DNA from: Candidatus Spongiisociaceae bacterium
Lineage (GTDB): Bacteria > Actinomycetota > Acidimicrobiia > Spongiisociales > Spongiisociaceae
Direction of reading: 5' to 3'
NCBI GenBank assembly: GCA_965219685.1
Contig: CBDCOH010000002.1
Coordinates: forward strand, 2,624,001 to 2,688,000
DNA: 64,000 bases
The notes below the pieces were generated by a model. It had not been told where the DNA came from and made no database searches. It saw nothing but the letters and a program-made list of their open reading frames with translations. This document shows, one piece after another, positions 9,046 to 17,608 of the stretch (positions are counted from its first letter, which is position 1; each line of letters opens with the position of its first letter). Made by a program: the position numbers and the translations under genes.

Positions 9046-10083
9046 ATGCCATACAGAGCCATGTACATCTGGATAGACGGAACAGAGCCCACCCCGATGC
9101 TTCGCTCGAAGACCAATGTCATAAAGGACGGCGAAGAGCCCGGGATCTGGGGCTTTGACGGTTCGAGCACCTCCCAGGCGCCCGGTCACGACTCCGATGT
9201 AGTGCTGAGGCCCGTCAAGACCGTTCCGGACCCGATCCGGGGCGGTGACGACATTCTGGTTCTGTGCGAGTGTCTGACCACCGACATGGAGCCGCATCCG
9301 ACCAATACGAGAGCCGCTTGCGTAGCAGCCGAAGCGAAGTATGCAGACTTCGAGCCGTGGTTCGGTATGGAGCAGGAATACACCTTCATCATGATGGAGG
9401 ACACCTCGGCGTACCAGATCAGTGGACGGCCGCCCGGATTCCCGGCGGACGGCTACCCGGCCCCTCAGGGCCCCTACTACTGCAGCGTCGGCGCCAACCG
9501 GGCGTTCGGCAGGCCCGTAGCGGATGCCCATAGCCAGGCTTGCATCGACGCGGGCTTGGACATCGAAGGCACCAACGCCGAGGTGATGGCCGGTCAATGG
9601 GAGTACCAGATAGGACCACTGCCCCCCGTTGAGGTGTCCGACCAGTTGGTCATCGCCCGCTGGATGATGGACCGCATCGCCGAGGACTACGGCATCGAAG
9701 TGACCTTACATCCCAAGCCGATGCTGGGGGACTGGAACGGCGCGGGGTGTCACACGAACTTCTCGACCAAGCACATGCGGGAGGGTGAGGGCGCCTACGA
9801 TGCCATCATCGCCGCCTGCGAGGCCTTGGGCAGCAATGCCGCCGAGCATATCGCCAACTACGGCGTCGACATCGAGATGCGCCTCACCGGCGCCCACGAG
9901 ACGCAGCGGTACGACCAGTTCACCTACGCCGTCCGGGACCGGGGCGCTTCCATACGCATCCCATGGCAGGTCGAACGGGACAGGAAGGGCTACATCGAGG
10001 ACCGCAGGCCAAACTCAAACTGCGATCCCTACACGGTGACCCGCCTCATCGTCGAGACCGTCTGCGGAGCCGCCTCCGCCTAG
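9046..10083 (+). CDS. glnII: Glutamine synthetase type II
   Basis: YIWIDG, WGFDGSST, PQGPYYC, NAEVMAGQWEYQIGP, DWNGAGCHTNFST, YIEDRRP. Confidence 0.95.
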   Translation: MPYRAMYIWIDGTEPTPMLRSKTNVIKDGEEPGIWGFDGSSTSQAPGHDSDVVLRPVKTVPDPIRGGDDILVLCECLTTDMEPHPTNTRAACVAAEAKYADFEPWFGMEQEYTFIMMEDTSAYQISGRPPGFPADGYPAPQGPYYCSVGANRAFGRPVADAHSQACIDAGLDIEGTNAEVMAGQWEYQIGPLPPVEVSDQLVIARWMMDRIAEDYGIEVTLHPKPMLGDWNGAGCHTNFSTKHMREGEGAYDAIIAACEALGSNAAEHIANYGVDIEMRLTGAHETQRYDQFTYAVRDRGASIRIPWQVERDRKGYIEDRRPNSNCDPYTVTRLIVETVCGAASA

Positions 10084-10097
10084 CCCTGTCGACTCTT

Positions 10098-10129
10098 CCC
10101 GGCCCGATCGCTGATCCGCTCGGGCCGGG
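10098..10129 (+). terminator. GC hairpin after glnII
   Basis: CCCGGCCCGA...TCGGGCCGGG inverted repeat just after the stop. Confidence 0.6.
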
Positions 10130-10306
10130 GGGTCACTTCATACCGAAATGGTTCCTAGTAGCTAGTTGCTAGTTACTGTTTGCCATTCGTAACTAGCGTT
10201 GGATTGAGAAGTTTGTCGCTTCAGTGTAAGTAGTGTGATCCCTTCGGCCGGATGGCTTGGAACCACCTGTCCAGAGGCCAGCTCCGATAGCCAGCCACCG
10301 GCCGTT

Positions 10307-10948
10307 CTAACGGCCGAATCCTTGGAGGGTTATCTCCGTGATCTGGTCGACCTGCTGGTTGAAGCTCTCGGCCGCAGCCCGGAACTCGACCACTGCTTCA
10401 CGTCGCTGGTCCCCCGGATCGGATGACCGCAGGCCGGCCAGCGCCTTCTCCGCCGCGGTCGCCACGGCGGTTGCCGGGTCCAGGATCCTCTGGTGAGCAT
10501 CGGCCAGACCGGTTATTCCGTCCGGGGGACGGTGTAGTTCCACTGCCTGGCTGAAGGCGACTGCCTTCTCGGATACCGCAACGAACGCCGCTTCGGCTTC
10601 CGCATATTCGATGTCGCGGTTCTCCCACTCGTTGTTGGCCGCGTTCAACTCCGCCAGTACCTCGGCGAGGTTCAGCTTGTCATCCGCAAGGTTCTCCAGA
10701 TAGACGTCGATCTCCGGGGGCAGCAGGGTCGTGGTCGTGGTCTCCCGCTCTTCGGCCTCTTCGGCGCCCTCGGCGTCATCGGGCGGAGTCGTGGAGGTGG
10801 TTGTGGCCGAGGTGGTCGAGACCGGCTGGGTGTCGTCCACCTCGGGCGGACCCAGTCGATTGATCCACACCCAAGTGAACAGGACCATTCCCAGGACAAC
10901 CAAGGGCAGCACCCAGCGCCCTGGCTTGGGATCGGGGTTACGCATCAT
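10307..10948 (-). CDS. Hypothetical membrane-anchored protein (TM helix, Thr-rich linker, helical bundle)
   Basis: MMRNPDPKPGRWVLPLVVLGMVLFTWVWI; start shortened from the track's 11152. Confidence 0.7.
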   Translation of the reverse strand: MMRNPDPKPGRWVLPLVVLGMVLFTWVWINRLGPPEVDDTQPVSTTSATTTSTTPPDDAEGAEEAEERETTTTTLLPPEIDVYLENLADDKLNLAEVLAELNAANNEWENRDIEYAEAEAAFVAVSEKAVAFSQAVELHRPPDGITGLADAHQRILDPATAVATAAEKALAGLRSSDPGDQRREAVVEFRAAAESFNQQVDQITEITLQGFGR

Positions 10949-11092
10949 GTCGGGTCCAACGTTACTAGCCCGAGCGCGAATGTCCCGGCCTTCCGCGGCT
11001 GGGGAGGGGTCTAGACGGCCAAGTGCCTGTCGGGTATGTTGTCGGACGGCGCGATATCCGCGGAGCGACGGGGAACACGAAGGGGTTTCGCC

Positions 11093-11953
11093 GTGCAAAA
11101 CGTTCCACCGACAACCGAAGACCACGTAAGCGAACACGTACCCTGGGAACATCTCACGATCCCCCCGGCGCCTGATCGTCGGTTCCTCATCTATGGGGTG
11201 GCCGCGGGGCTGGTTATCGCCGTGCTCGGGGTGGTCGTGGTCCGCCAGTTCCAGGCTCCCTCGCCTGCGGAGTTGACACCGGTCACGCCGGTCGAAGACT
11301 CACGTGTAGTTGCTCCCATCGAAGAGGTCATCCCGACCACCCCGGAAGAGGTCCCAGGACCCATGGTCACGTTGGCTCCCGCCGAACCCGAGGCGCGGAG
11401 CGAGGTGTCGGAAGCCGATCTCAGGGCGGTTGAACCGGGAAACCCCCACCAGGAGGTAGCGGCACAGGCGGAATGGTTGGTGCTCGAGTTCTTCACCATC
11501 GATCCCACCGATCCGTGGCGTGATCGGGTGGAGACCGCATCGGGACTCCGGCTTCCCTCCGACCTGGCACCGGACACGCCGGACGCGACGGCGGTTTCCT
11601 ACGTCGAGTGGACCCGTACCCGGTCGGTGGAGCAGATCGGTCGGAGCACCTTCCGGACAACCGTCCTACTCCGGCGGCTGGTGGCACCCGAAGGAAACGA
11701 CCTCCGTCGCCTGCCGACGGAGCAGGTGACCGTTACCGTTCAGATAGAACCGGACGGCCGGATCCGGGCAGCCTCTCTACCCGAAGTCACATCCCCACCA
11801 ATCGTCGAACTGGTACCCATGGCAGGAGAGCATCTGCGCTGGGTATTCGACCAGGCCGGGATCGGATGGCCATCCTCCCGCGCCGGCGGCTCGGCGACCA
11901 CGCCTTACGATCCTCTCAGGGAAGGTGAGGCCTCAACTCACGCGCCGGGGTAA
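11093..11953 (+). CDS. Hypothetical single-TM protein (start uncertain)
   Basis: TM segment FLIYGVAAGLVIAVLGVVVV, Pro-rich linker, beta-rich C-domain. Confidence 0.65.
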   Translation: MQNVPPTTEDHVSEHVPWEHLTIPPAPDRRFLIYGVAAGLVIAVLGVVVVRQFQAPSPAELTPVTPVEDSRVVAPIEEVIPTTPEEVPGPMVTLAPAEPEARSEVSEADLRAVEPGNPHQEVAAQAEWLVLEFFTIDPTDPWRDRVETASGLRLPSDLAPDTPDATAVSYVEWTRTRSVEQIGRSTFRTTVLLRRLVAPEGNDLRRLPTEQVTVTVQIEPDGRIRAASLPEVTSPPIVELVPMAGEHLRWVFDQAGIGWPSSRAGGSATTPYDPLREGEASTHAPG

Positions 11954-12198
11954 CGCAGCTCGAGGGAGGTCTGGACGAGCGGAGCGATTACGGACCAGTC
12001 GCCTTCCGGCGCCTTGGAAACGGTCACGAAGTCAGCCGTCATGAACACGGCCGTCACCCCGTCGATCCGGAGCAACTCGTCGGCCACCGGGTCGTCGGCG
12101 GCATTGGCCGCCACATAGCTCCTCGGGCCGCCTACCTCGACTCCGACTCCGAACTTGAGCGCGTTGGGGTTCGGGGTCCGTTGCGGTGTGATGCTCAT
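11938..12198 (-). CDS. NifU/Nfu N-terminal scaffold domain protein
   Basis: MSITPQRTPNPNALKF...IDGVTAVFMTADFVTVSK...W; GGAGG SD before ATG 12198. Confidence 0.88.
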   Translation of the reverse strand: MSITPQRTPNPNALKFGVGVEVGGPRSYVAANAADDPVADELLRIDGVTAVFMTADFVTVSKAPEGDWSVIAPLVQTSLELRYPGA

Positions 12199-12268
12199 TC
12201 GAACCTCCTGCGGCAGATCGTAGCCGCCCCCTCGCGGCCCGGCCGCATGTCCGGGTACAATCCGGCGC

Positions 12269-13693
12269 ATGTTGTCCCGCTTGGAGAGAGACCTGCGCCG
12301 GCAGTTGGGCGCCGAGAAGGTGGCGTCCGATCCTCTCGATCTGTACGTGTTCGGCAAGGACGCGGGGCTCGTCCGCGGCGAGTCGAGCCTTATCGCCTTT
12401 CCCACCAGCACGGAGGATGTCGTCACCATCGTTCGCCTCGCCGCCCGGCATGGGGTGCCGGTCATTCCCAGAGGTTCGGGAACCGGGCTGGCCGGAGGGG
12501 TCGTGGCCACCGGTCAGGCACTCTTGATGGTCACCACACGTATGAACCGGATCGGGGAAGTCGATGTGGAGAACCGCATGGTGTGGGCACAGCCGGGTGT
12601 CATCAACCAGGACTTGAGCACCTTCACGGCTCCTCTGGGCCTGTATTTCGTCCCCGACCCGTCCTCGCAGTCCGTATGCACGATCGGTGGGAACGTGGCC
12701 AACAATTCGGGCGGCCTCCACTGCCTGGCCGAGGGAACCACCGTGAACCATGTCCTTGCGGTGGAGGTTGTAACGGCCGACGGCGAGGTGGTCGTGCTGG
12801 GAAGCTCGACCCCGGACCCGATCGGGCTCGATCTCCGTGGCGTCATGGTCGGCTCGGAGGGAACTCTCGGCATAGTGACCGACGTCCTGGTGAAGCTGAC
12901 CCCCAACCCGCCGGCCGTCCGCACGCTCCTGCTGGCCTTCGGTTCGGTGGAGGACGCCGCCGCCACCGTTTCGGGCATCATCGCCAACGGTCTGGTGCCG
13001 GGAGCCCTCGAGATGATGGATCGGGCAATGACCCAGGCCGTCGAACGTTTCGCCCATGCCGGGTTCCCCACCGAGGCCGAGGCGCTGCTCATTGCCGAGG
13101 TCACCGGGCATCCGTCCGCAGTCGACGCGGAGGCCGACCTCATCCGCCGCGTCGGCCAGAGCCACTCGGCGACTCTGATTCGCGTGGCTGTCGAGGAGTC
13201 GGAGCGCAAGCGCATCTGGCTCGGGCGAAAGTCAGCCTTCGGCGCCATCGCCCAGATGAACCCCGACTACTACCTGCACGACACCGTGGTGCCCCGGACC
13301 CGGCTCGTGGAGGCTATCAGGCAGGTCTACGTAATCGGGGAGCGGCACGGCATCCCGATGCTGAATGTGTTCCACGCCGGCGACGGGAACCTGCATCCTC
13401 TCATGACCTTCGATGCCTCCCAACCTGGCGTCCTCGACAGGGTTCACGCAGCCGGAAGAGATCTGATCGAGGCATGTGTGGCGGTCGGGGGTTCCCTGTC
13501 CGGCGAGCATGGGATAGGGCTCGAGAAGCGGGACTACATGCCGCTGATCTTCGACGATGTCGACCTCGACGCCCAGGCCAGGGTACGTGAGGCCTTCGAC
13601 CCCGAAGGGCGGCTCAATCCCGGCAAGATCCTCCCCGACGGCTCGCGCTGCTTCGACTTCGGACGCCCACCCCCGGTGGGTGCCTGGGTGTGA
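12269..13693 (+). CDS. glcD: Glycolate oxidase FAD subunit GlcD
   Basis: PRGSGTGLAGG, PDPSSQ..CTIGGN, GSEGTLGIVT, FHAGDGNLHP, GEHGIG. Confidence 0.88.
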   Translation: MLSRLERDLRRQLGAEKVASDPLDLYVFGKDAGLVRGESSLIAFPTSTEDVVTIVRLAARHGVPVIPRGSGTGLAGGVVATGQALLMVTTRMNRIGEVDVENRMVWAQPGVINQDLSTFTAPLGLYFVPDPSSQSVCTIGGNVANNSGGLHCLAEGTTVNHVLAVEVVTADGEVVVLGSSTPDPIGLDLRGVMVGSEGTLGIVTDVLVKLTPNPPAVRTLLLAFGSVEDAAATVSGIIANGLVPGALEMMDRAMTQAVERFAHAGFPTEAEALLIAEVTGHPSAVDAEADLIRRVGQSHSATLIRVAVEESERKRIWLGRKSAFGAIAQMNPDYYLHDTVVPRTRLVEAIRQVYVIGERHGIPMLNVFHAGDGNLHPLMTFDASQPGVLDRVHAAGRDLIEACVAVGGSLSGEHGIGLEKRDYMPLIFDDVDLDAQARVREAFDPEGRLNPGKILPDGSRCFDFGRPPPVGAWV

Positions 13694-14772
13694 ACGGGTC
13701 CGCGGCCCGCTCCGACACGCCACCGGCCCCTCCTATGTTGGTACCCGAGACCATCGAGGAGGCGGCGGCCCTGCTCTGCGAACTGCCTCAGGAGAGCCGG
13801 GTTCGCATCGTCGGCGGCGGAACCCGCCTCGGCATCGGTCACCCATTCACGCCCGACGCCACCCTCTCGACATCCGGTCTGGACCGGATCGTGGATTGGG
13901 AGCCCGACGACCTTACCGTCGTCGTGGAGGCCGGAATGACGGTCGAGGAGTTGGAGTACACCCTGGGGACCAAGGGCCAGACGGCTCTCCTCCATGAGAG
14001 GCCCGGTGCCGGAACCGTCGGAGGCGCCCTCGCCACCGCAACATCGGGTTGGCGCCGCTACCGCTACGGTCCCATCACCGACCGGGTTCTGGAGGTAACG
14101 CTCGTGTCGGGCGACGGCAGGGTCGCAACGGCCGGGGGACGGCTGGTCAAGAACGTCACCGGCTACGACATCCCCCGCCTCGCCACCGGCTCGCTCGGAG
14201 CCCTTGGCCTGATAGCCCGGGTCTGCTTGAAGCTCTGGCCCCTCCCCGTGGCATCGGCCACCGTAGCCGTAGAGTCGGCCGAGGAAGCAGTGTCCCGCGC
14301 GTTCCGTCCGCTGGCCGTGCTCGAGACGGACCAGAGAACCTCGGTGTTCCTAGGGGGCACTCCAGAAGAGATCGAGGGGCAGGCCGGAGCGCTGGGGGGT
14401 TCCCCGGTGGACGGGCTCGACTGGCCCCTGCCCCCTTCCGGAGCGACTCGGTTCTCGGTCAGGGTTCCCCCATCTCACCTCCGGTCCATGGTCGGGCGCC
14501 TCGGGAAAGACTGGCGTTACGTGGCCCAGTTCGGAGTGGGGGAGATGGCGGTTGGCGCCGACCACGTAGGTCGCGAGACGCTGGACGGACTGCGGGCAGC
14601 GGCGGAGTCGGTCGGCGGCGCGCTGGTGATCATCGACGCCCCGGATGATCTGAGGCAACGGTTCGACCCGTGGGGCACTCCCCCCGCCTCCGTGGCGATC
14701 CAGAGGCGGCTGGTCAACCTCTTCGATCCAGGCCGCATGCTGAATCCCGGCGTCCTGCCCGGGAGGATCTGA
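13690..14772 (+). CDS. glcE: Glycolate oxidase FAD subunit GlcE
   Basis: GGRLVKNVTGYD, GSLGALG, FDP...LNPG; GTGA overlap with glcD. Confidence 0.85.
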   Translation: MNGSAARSDTPPAPPMLVPETIEEAAALLCELPQESRVRIVGGGTRLGIGHPFTPDATLSTSGLDRIVDWEPDDLTVVVEAGMTVEELEYTLGTKGQTALLHERPGAGTVGGALATATSGWRRYRYGPITDRVLEVTLVSGDGRVATAGGRLVKNVTGYDIPRLATGSLGALGLIARVCLKLWPLPVASATVAVESAEEAVSRAFRPLAVLETDQRTSVFLGGTPEEIEGQAGALGGSPVDGLDWPLPPSGATRFSVRVPPSHLRSMVGRLGKDWRYVAQFGVGEMAVGADHVGRETLDGLRAAAESVGGALVIIDAPDDLRQRFDPWGTPPASVAIQRRLVNLFDPGRMLNPGVLPGRI

Positions 14773-16020
14773 GTGGGCTGGGTAACGGAACACGCTCCCC
14801 ACCCCGACGATCTCGCATCGTGCGTCCAGTGCGGGTTGTGTCTCCCCAGTTGTCCCACCTTCCGGCTGACCGGCCTGGAAACCGCCTCCCCCAGGGGCCG
14901 CCTCACCGCCATGTCCGCCGTAGCGGCAGGGAGACCGGTCGACGATCGCTTCGCCGAGATAATGGGAAGTTGCCTCCAGTGCCGGGCCTGCGAGGTGGTC
15001 TGTCCGGGCTTCGTCCCGTTCGGGAAGGCCATGGAAGGCGCCAGAGCCGAGTTGGCCGCCCAACTACCCGGGATGGGGCGCCGGATCCGATGGCTCGTGA
15101 CCGTCCGGCTGCTCAGGAGCCGCGCCGCCATCCGCGTAGCCACGACCCTCATATCCATTGCCCAAGTGCTCCGGCTGAAGAGGCTGACCCCCCGGCCCTT
15201 CCGCGGTGCCCTGACGGGCCTGCGGCTACTGAAAGGACGCCCGGATTCGGTCCTGGCCACCAACTGGCCGGCGGTCGGCGAGACACGAGGAGTGGCGGCC
15301 CTTCTAGCCGGATGTGTGATGGACCAGTGGTTCGGTGATGTACACGCCGCGACCATCGGGTTGCTCACCCGGTCCGGGTACGAGGTAGTCGTCCCCCCTG
15401 CCCAGACCTGCTGCGGAGCGCTGGCCGCCCACGACGGCTGGGCCGGTGCGGCCCGTGAAATGGCCGCCGCCAACATCGCTGCCTTCGAGGATGCCGACGT
15501 GGTGGTGGTGAACGCAGCCGGGTGCAGCGCCCACATGAAGGAGTACGACCACTGGGCGGAGGACGGCGGCAGGCTTGCCGGCAAGGTGATGGACGTGACG
15601 GAGGTGGTCGCTGACGCGATCGCGGACGGCCGGCTCCCGCGCCTGGGAGAAACCGGGCAGACCGTGGCCGTCCAGGATCCTTGCCACCTACGACATGTCC
15701 AGCGGGTGACCGGCCAGCCACGGGCCATCCTCGCGGCCGCAGGCTTCTCCGCTCTGGAGATCGACCCGGATGGTCGGTGCTGTGGAGCAGCCGGCATCTA
15801 TAGCGTCCTGGAACCCGAGCTCTCCTCACAACTCGGCAAGGCGAAGGCGGAGCAGATACGCACCACGCGTTCGAAGATCGTCTCGAGCGCCAACCCCGGA
15901 TGCGAGATCCAACTGCGCTCCCACCTTGCGGAATCGGGCACGACAGCGCGGGTCGCCCATCCAGTGGAGCTCTATTGGGAAAGACTGCAGGAGAGGGACC
16001 CGCAACCCGCCGGGAGATGA
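14773..16020 (+). CDS. glcF: Glycolate oxidase Fe-S subunit GlcF
   Basis: CVQCGLCLPSCPT, CLQCRACEVVCP and two CCG domains. Confidence 0.88.
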   Translation: MGWVTEHAPHPDDLASCVQCGLCLPSCPTFRLTGLETASPRGRLTAMSAVAAGRPVDDRFAEIMGSCLQCRACEVVCPGFVPFGKAMEGARAELAAQLPGMGRRIRWLVTVRLLRSRAAIRVATTLISIAQVLRLKRLTPRPFRGALTGLRLLKGRPDSVLATNWPAVGETRGVAALLAGCVMDQWFGDVHAATIGLLTRSGYEVVVPPAQTCCGALAAHDGWAGAAREMAAANIAAFEDADVVVVNAAGCSAHMKEYDHWAEDGGRLAGKVMDVTEVVADAIADGRLPRLGETGQTVAVQDPCHLRHVQRVTGQPRAILAAAGFSALEIDPDGRCCGAAGIYSVLEPELSSQLGKAKAEQIRTTRSKIVSSANPGCEIQLRSHLAESGTTARVAHPVELYWERLQERDPQPAGR

Positions 16021-16712
16021 CGGACGCCCGATCCTCCTCCACCACCTCCCCGGGCGGGGCAAGCCCCGCGAAAGCAGATCGACCAGAGCCCGCGGCTTGG
16101 TGGCGGCCAGAGGGGATTCTTCCCGCCGCGGTGCGACCGGGAACCGAGCCTTGGCGCTGGGCAGGCATCTGCGCCAGGTCACTCAGGGTCGTGATCGGGA
16201 TCGGCCTGGCAGTCGTGGCGACAGGCTTGGTAGGAATGGGAGCGGGCCTGACCCTCCACGGACTCGGCGTCCTCCACTTGAACATCTCGCAGCCCGACCC
16301 CGAAGCCCTCGCCGTCGGAGTTGCCATGGCGATGATCGGCTGCACGATCCTCGGGCTGGCCGTGGAGGGTGGCTTCCGGTCCCGGAGCCTGCACCCGGAT
16401 GCCGTCCCCTGGGAGACAACAGTGGCCTGGATTCCGGCGATGCTGATCGCCCTCTGGATAATCGAGAGGCTTGAAGGTCTGGCAACCCGGCACCTTCCCC
16501 GCTTCTCGGACCTCCTGAATCTGGTGCCCGCCTACCTGGACGAGGTGGGGAACCAGGGCCTGGCGGCCGGCTTGGTCGGCCTGACGCTGGTCTGGGTGAC
16601 CATCCAATTCGGAGCGTCGCGCTACCGCTTCATCGGGGAGAACGCCGCCTCGCTGCTCTACGTGTGCTGGATGGCGATGGTGACCATCGCCTACTGGATA
16701 GCGGCTGCCTGA
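16017..16712 (+). CDS. Hypothetical multi-pass membrane protein
   Basis: ATGA overlap with glcF stop; about 5 hydrophobic segments. Confidence 0.7.
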   Translation: MTDARSSSTTSPGGASPAKADRPEPAAWWRPEGILPAAVRPGTEPWRWAGICARSLRVVIGIGLAVVATGLVGMGAGLTLHGLGVLHLNISQPDPEALAVGVAMAMIGCTILGLAVEGGFRSRSLHPDAVPWETTVAWIPAMLIALWIIERLEGLATRHLPRFSDLLNLVPAYLDEVGNQGLAAGLVGLTLVWVTIQFGASRYRFIGENAASLLYVCWMAMVTIAYWIAAA

Positions 16713-16724
16713 CCGGAGATCGCA

Positions 16725-16771
16725 GCATCAACACCACGTGCATCACGCGATGTATTAGCATCAGATGATGC
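16725..16771 (+). promoter_or_regulatory. Putative RHH autoregulatory operator
   Basis: GCATCA at 16725, 16740, 16758; perfect palindrome GCATCA-GA-TGATGC (16758-16771) over the start codon. Confidence 0.55.
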
Positions 16772-17205
16772 GCAGAGTCACGGTCACAATTCCTGATGAT
16801 CTCGAGGTGGATCTCGATAACTTTCTCTCCTCCCACGAGTTGCCACCACCGGTCGCAGCGGTAATGCGAGCCGCTCTCCGGCAGTACATCTCCGAGGCGA
16901 AGATAAGACCCACACCGCCCCTCCTGCCGCGCGTGCTCGCCAACCGGGAGGAGATCAGGAGCTTGGCAACAAAACGACGCGTCAACCGTATCCGGGTCTT
17001 CGGATCGGTCGCGCGGGGCGAAGATACAAGCGACAGCGACATCGACTTTCTGGTATCGCCCAAGGCCAATTGTGGCCTGTTCAACCTCGGAGGTCTCCAG
17101 ATTGAGCTCGAAGAACTCCTAGGCATCGAGGTCGATGTGGTGTCTGATCGCTCGGTACCGGTCGCGCTCCGCGATGAACTGGAGGCGGAAGCAATTCCAT
17201 TGTGA
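16765..17205 (+). CDS. MNT nucleotidyltransferase antitoxin with N-terminal RHH/CopG-like domain
   Basis: MRRVTVTIPDDL (RHH-like); RVFGSVARGE..SDSDIDFLV; VDVV. Confidence 0.88.
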   Translation: MMRRVTVTIPDDLEVDLDNFLSSHELPPPVAAVMRAALRQYISEAKIRPTPPLLPRVLANREEIRSLATKRRVNRIRVFGSVARGEDTSDSDIDFLVSPKANCGLFNLGGLQIELEELLGIEVDVVSDRSVPVALRDELEAEAIPL

Positions 17206-17560
17206 CTCGTTCCGACCAGCGCCGCCTCCACGACATGCTGGAGGCCATCGATGACATCCGGTTGTGCATTGCAGCGGGGTGGGAGTCCTTCGAGGCGGAC
17301 CGCATCACACAGCACGCAGTGATGTACTGCCTGACCATAATCGGTGAGTGCGCTTCGCGAATAACACCGGGGACCACAGCGAAGGTCCCATCCCTGACCG
17401 TCGCTGAGGCAAAGGATTACGAAACATCATCGTGCACGAGTACTGGAGGGTCAATCTGAGAGATCTGTGGACGACCATCAGCAACGACCTTCCCGGTCTG
17501 GCCGACGACATCCGATCTGTGTTGGACGACCTGGACCGCTCCGTCGACTCGTCAGGATGA
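17202..17560 (+). pseudogene. HEPN (DUF86/HepT) RNase toxin interrupted by a -1 frameshift near 17411-17414
   Basis: N-part LHDMLEAI...IIGE in one frame; the -1 frame continues KGLRNIIVHEYWRVNLRDLWTTISNDLP (R-x4-H) to TGA 17558-17560. Confidence 0.85.
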
Positions 17561-17608
17561 CCGACGATCTCTTACTCAACCGGCCAATAGCAGCGCCCCC
17601 TAACCCGG

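Noticed and set aside
14770-14775. glcE TGA immediately followed in frame by the glcF GTG, a possible third Sec readthrough
   Set aside because: GlcE ends at its normal LNPG terminus, no Cys-type motif surrounds the TGA, and a GGAGG SD precedes the GTG.
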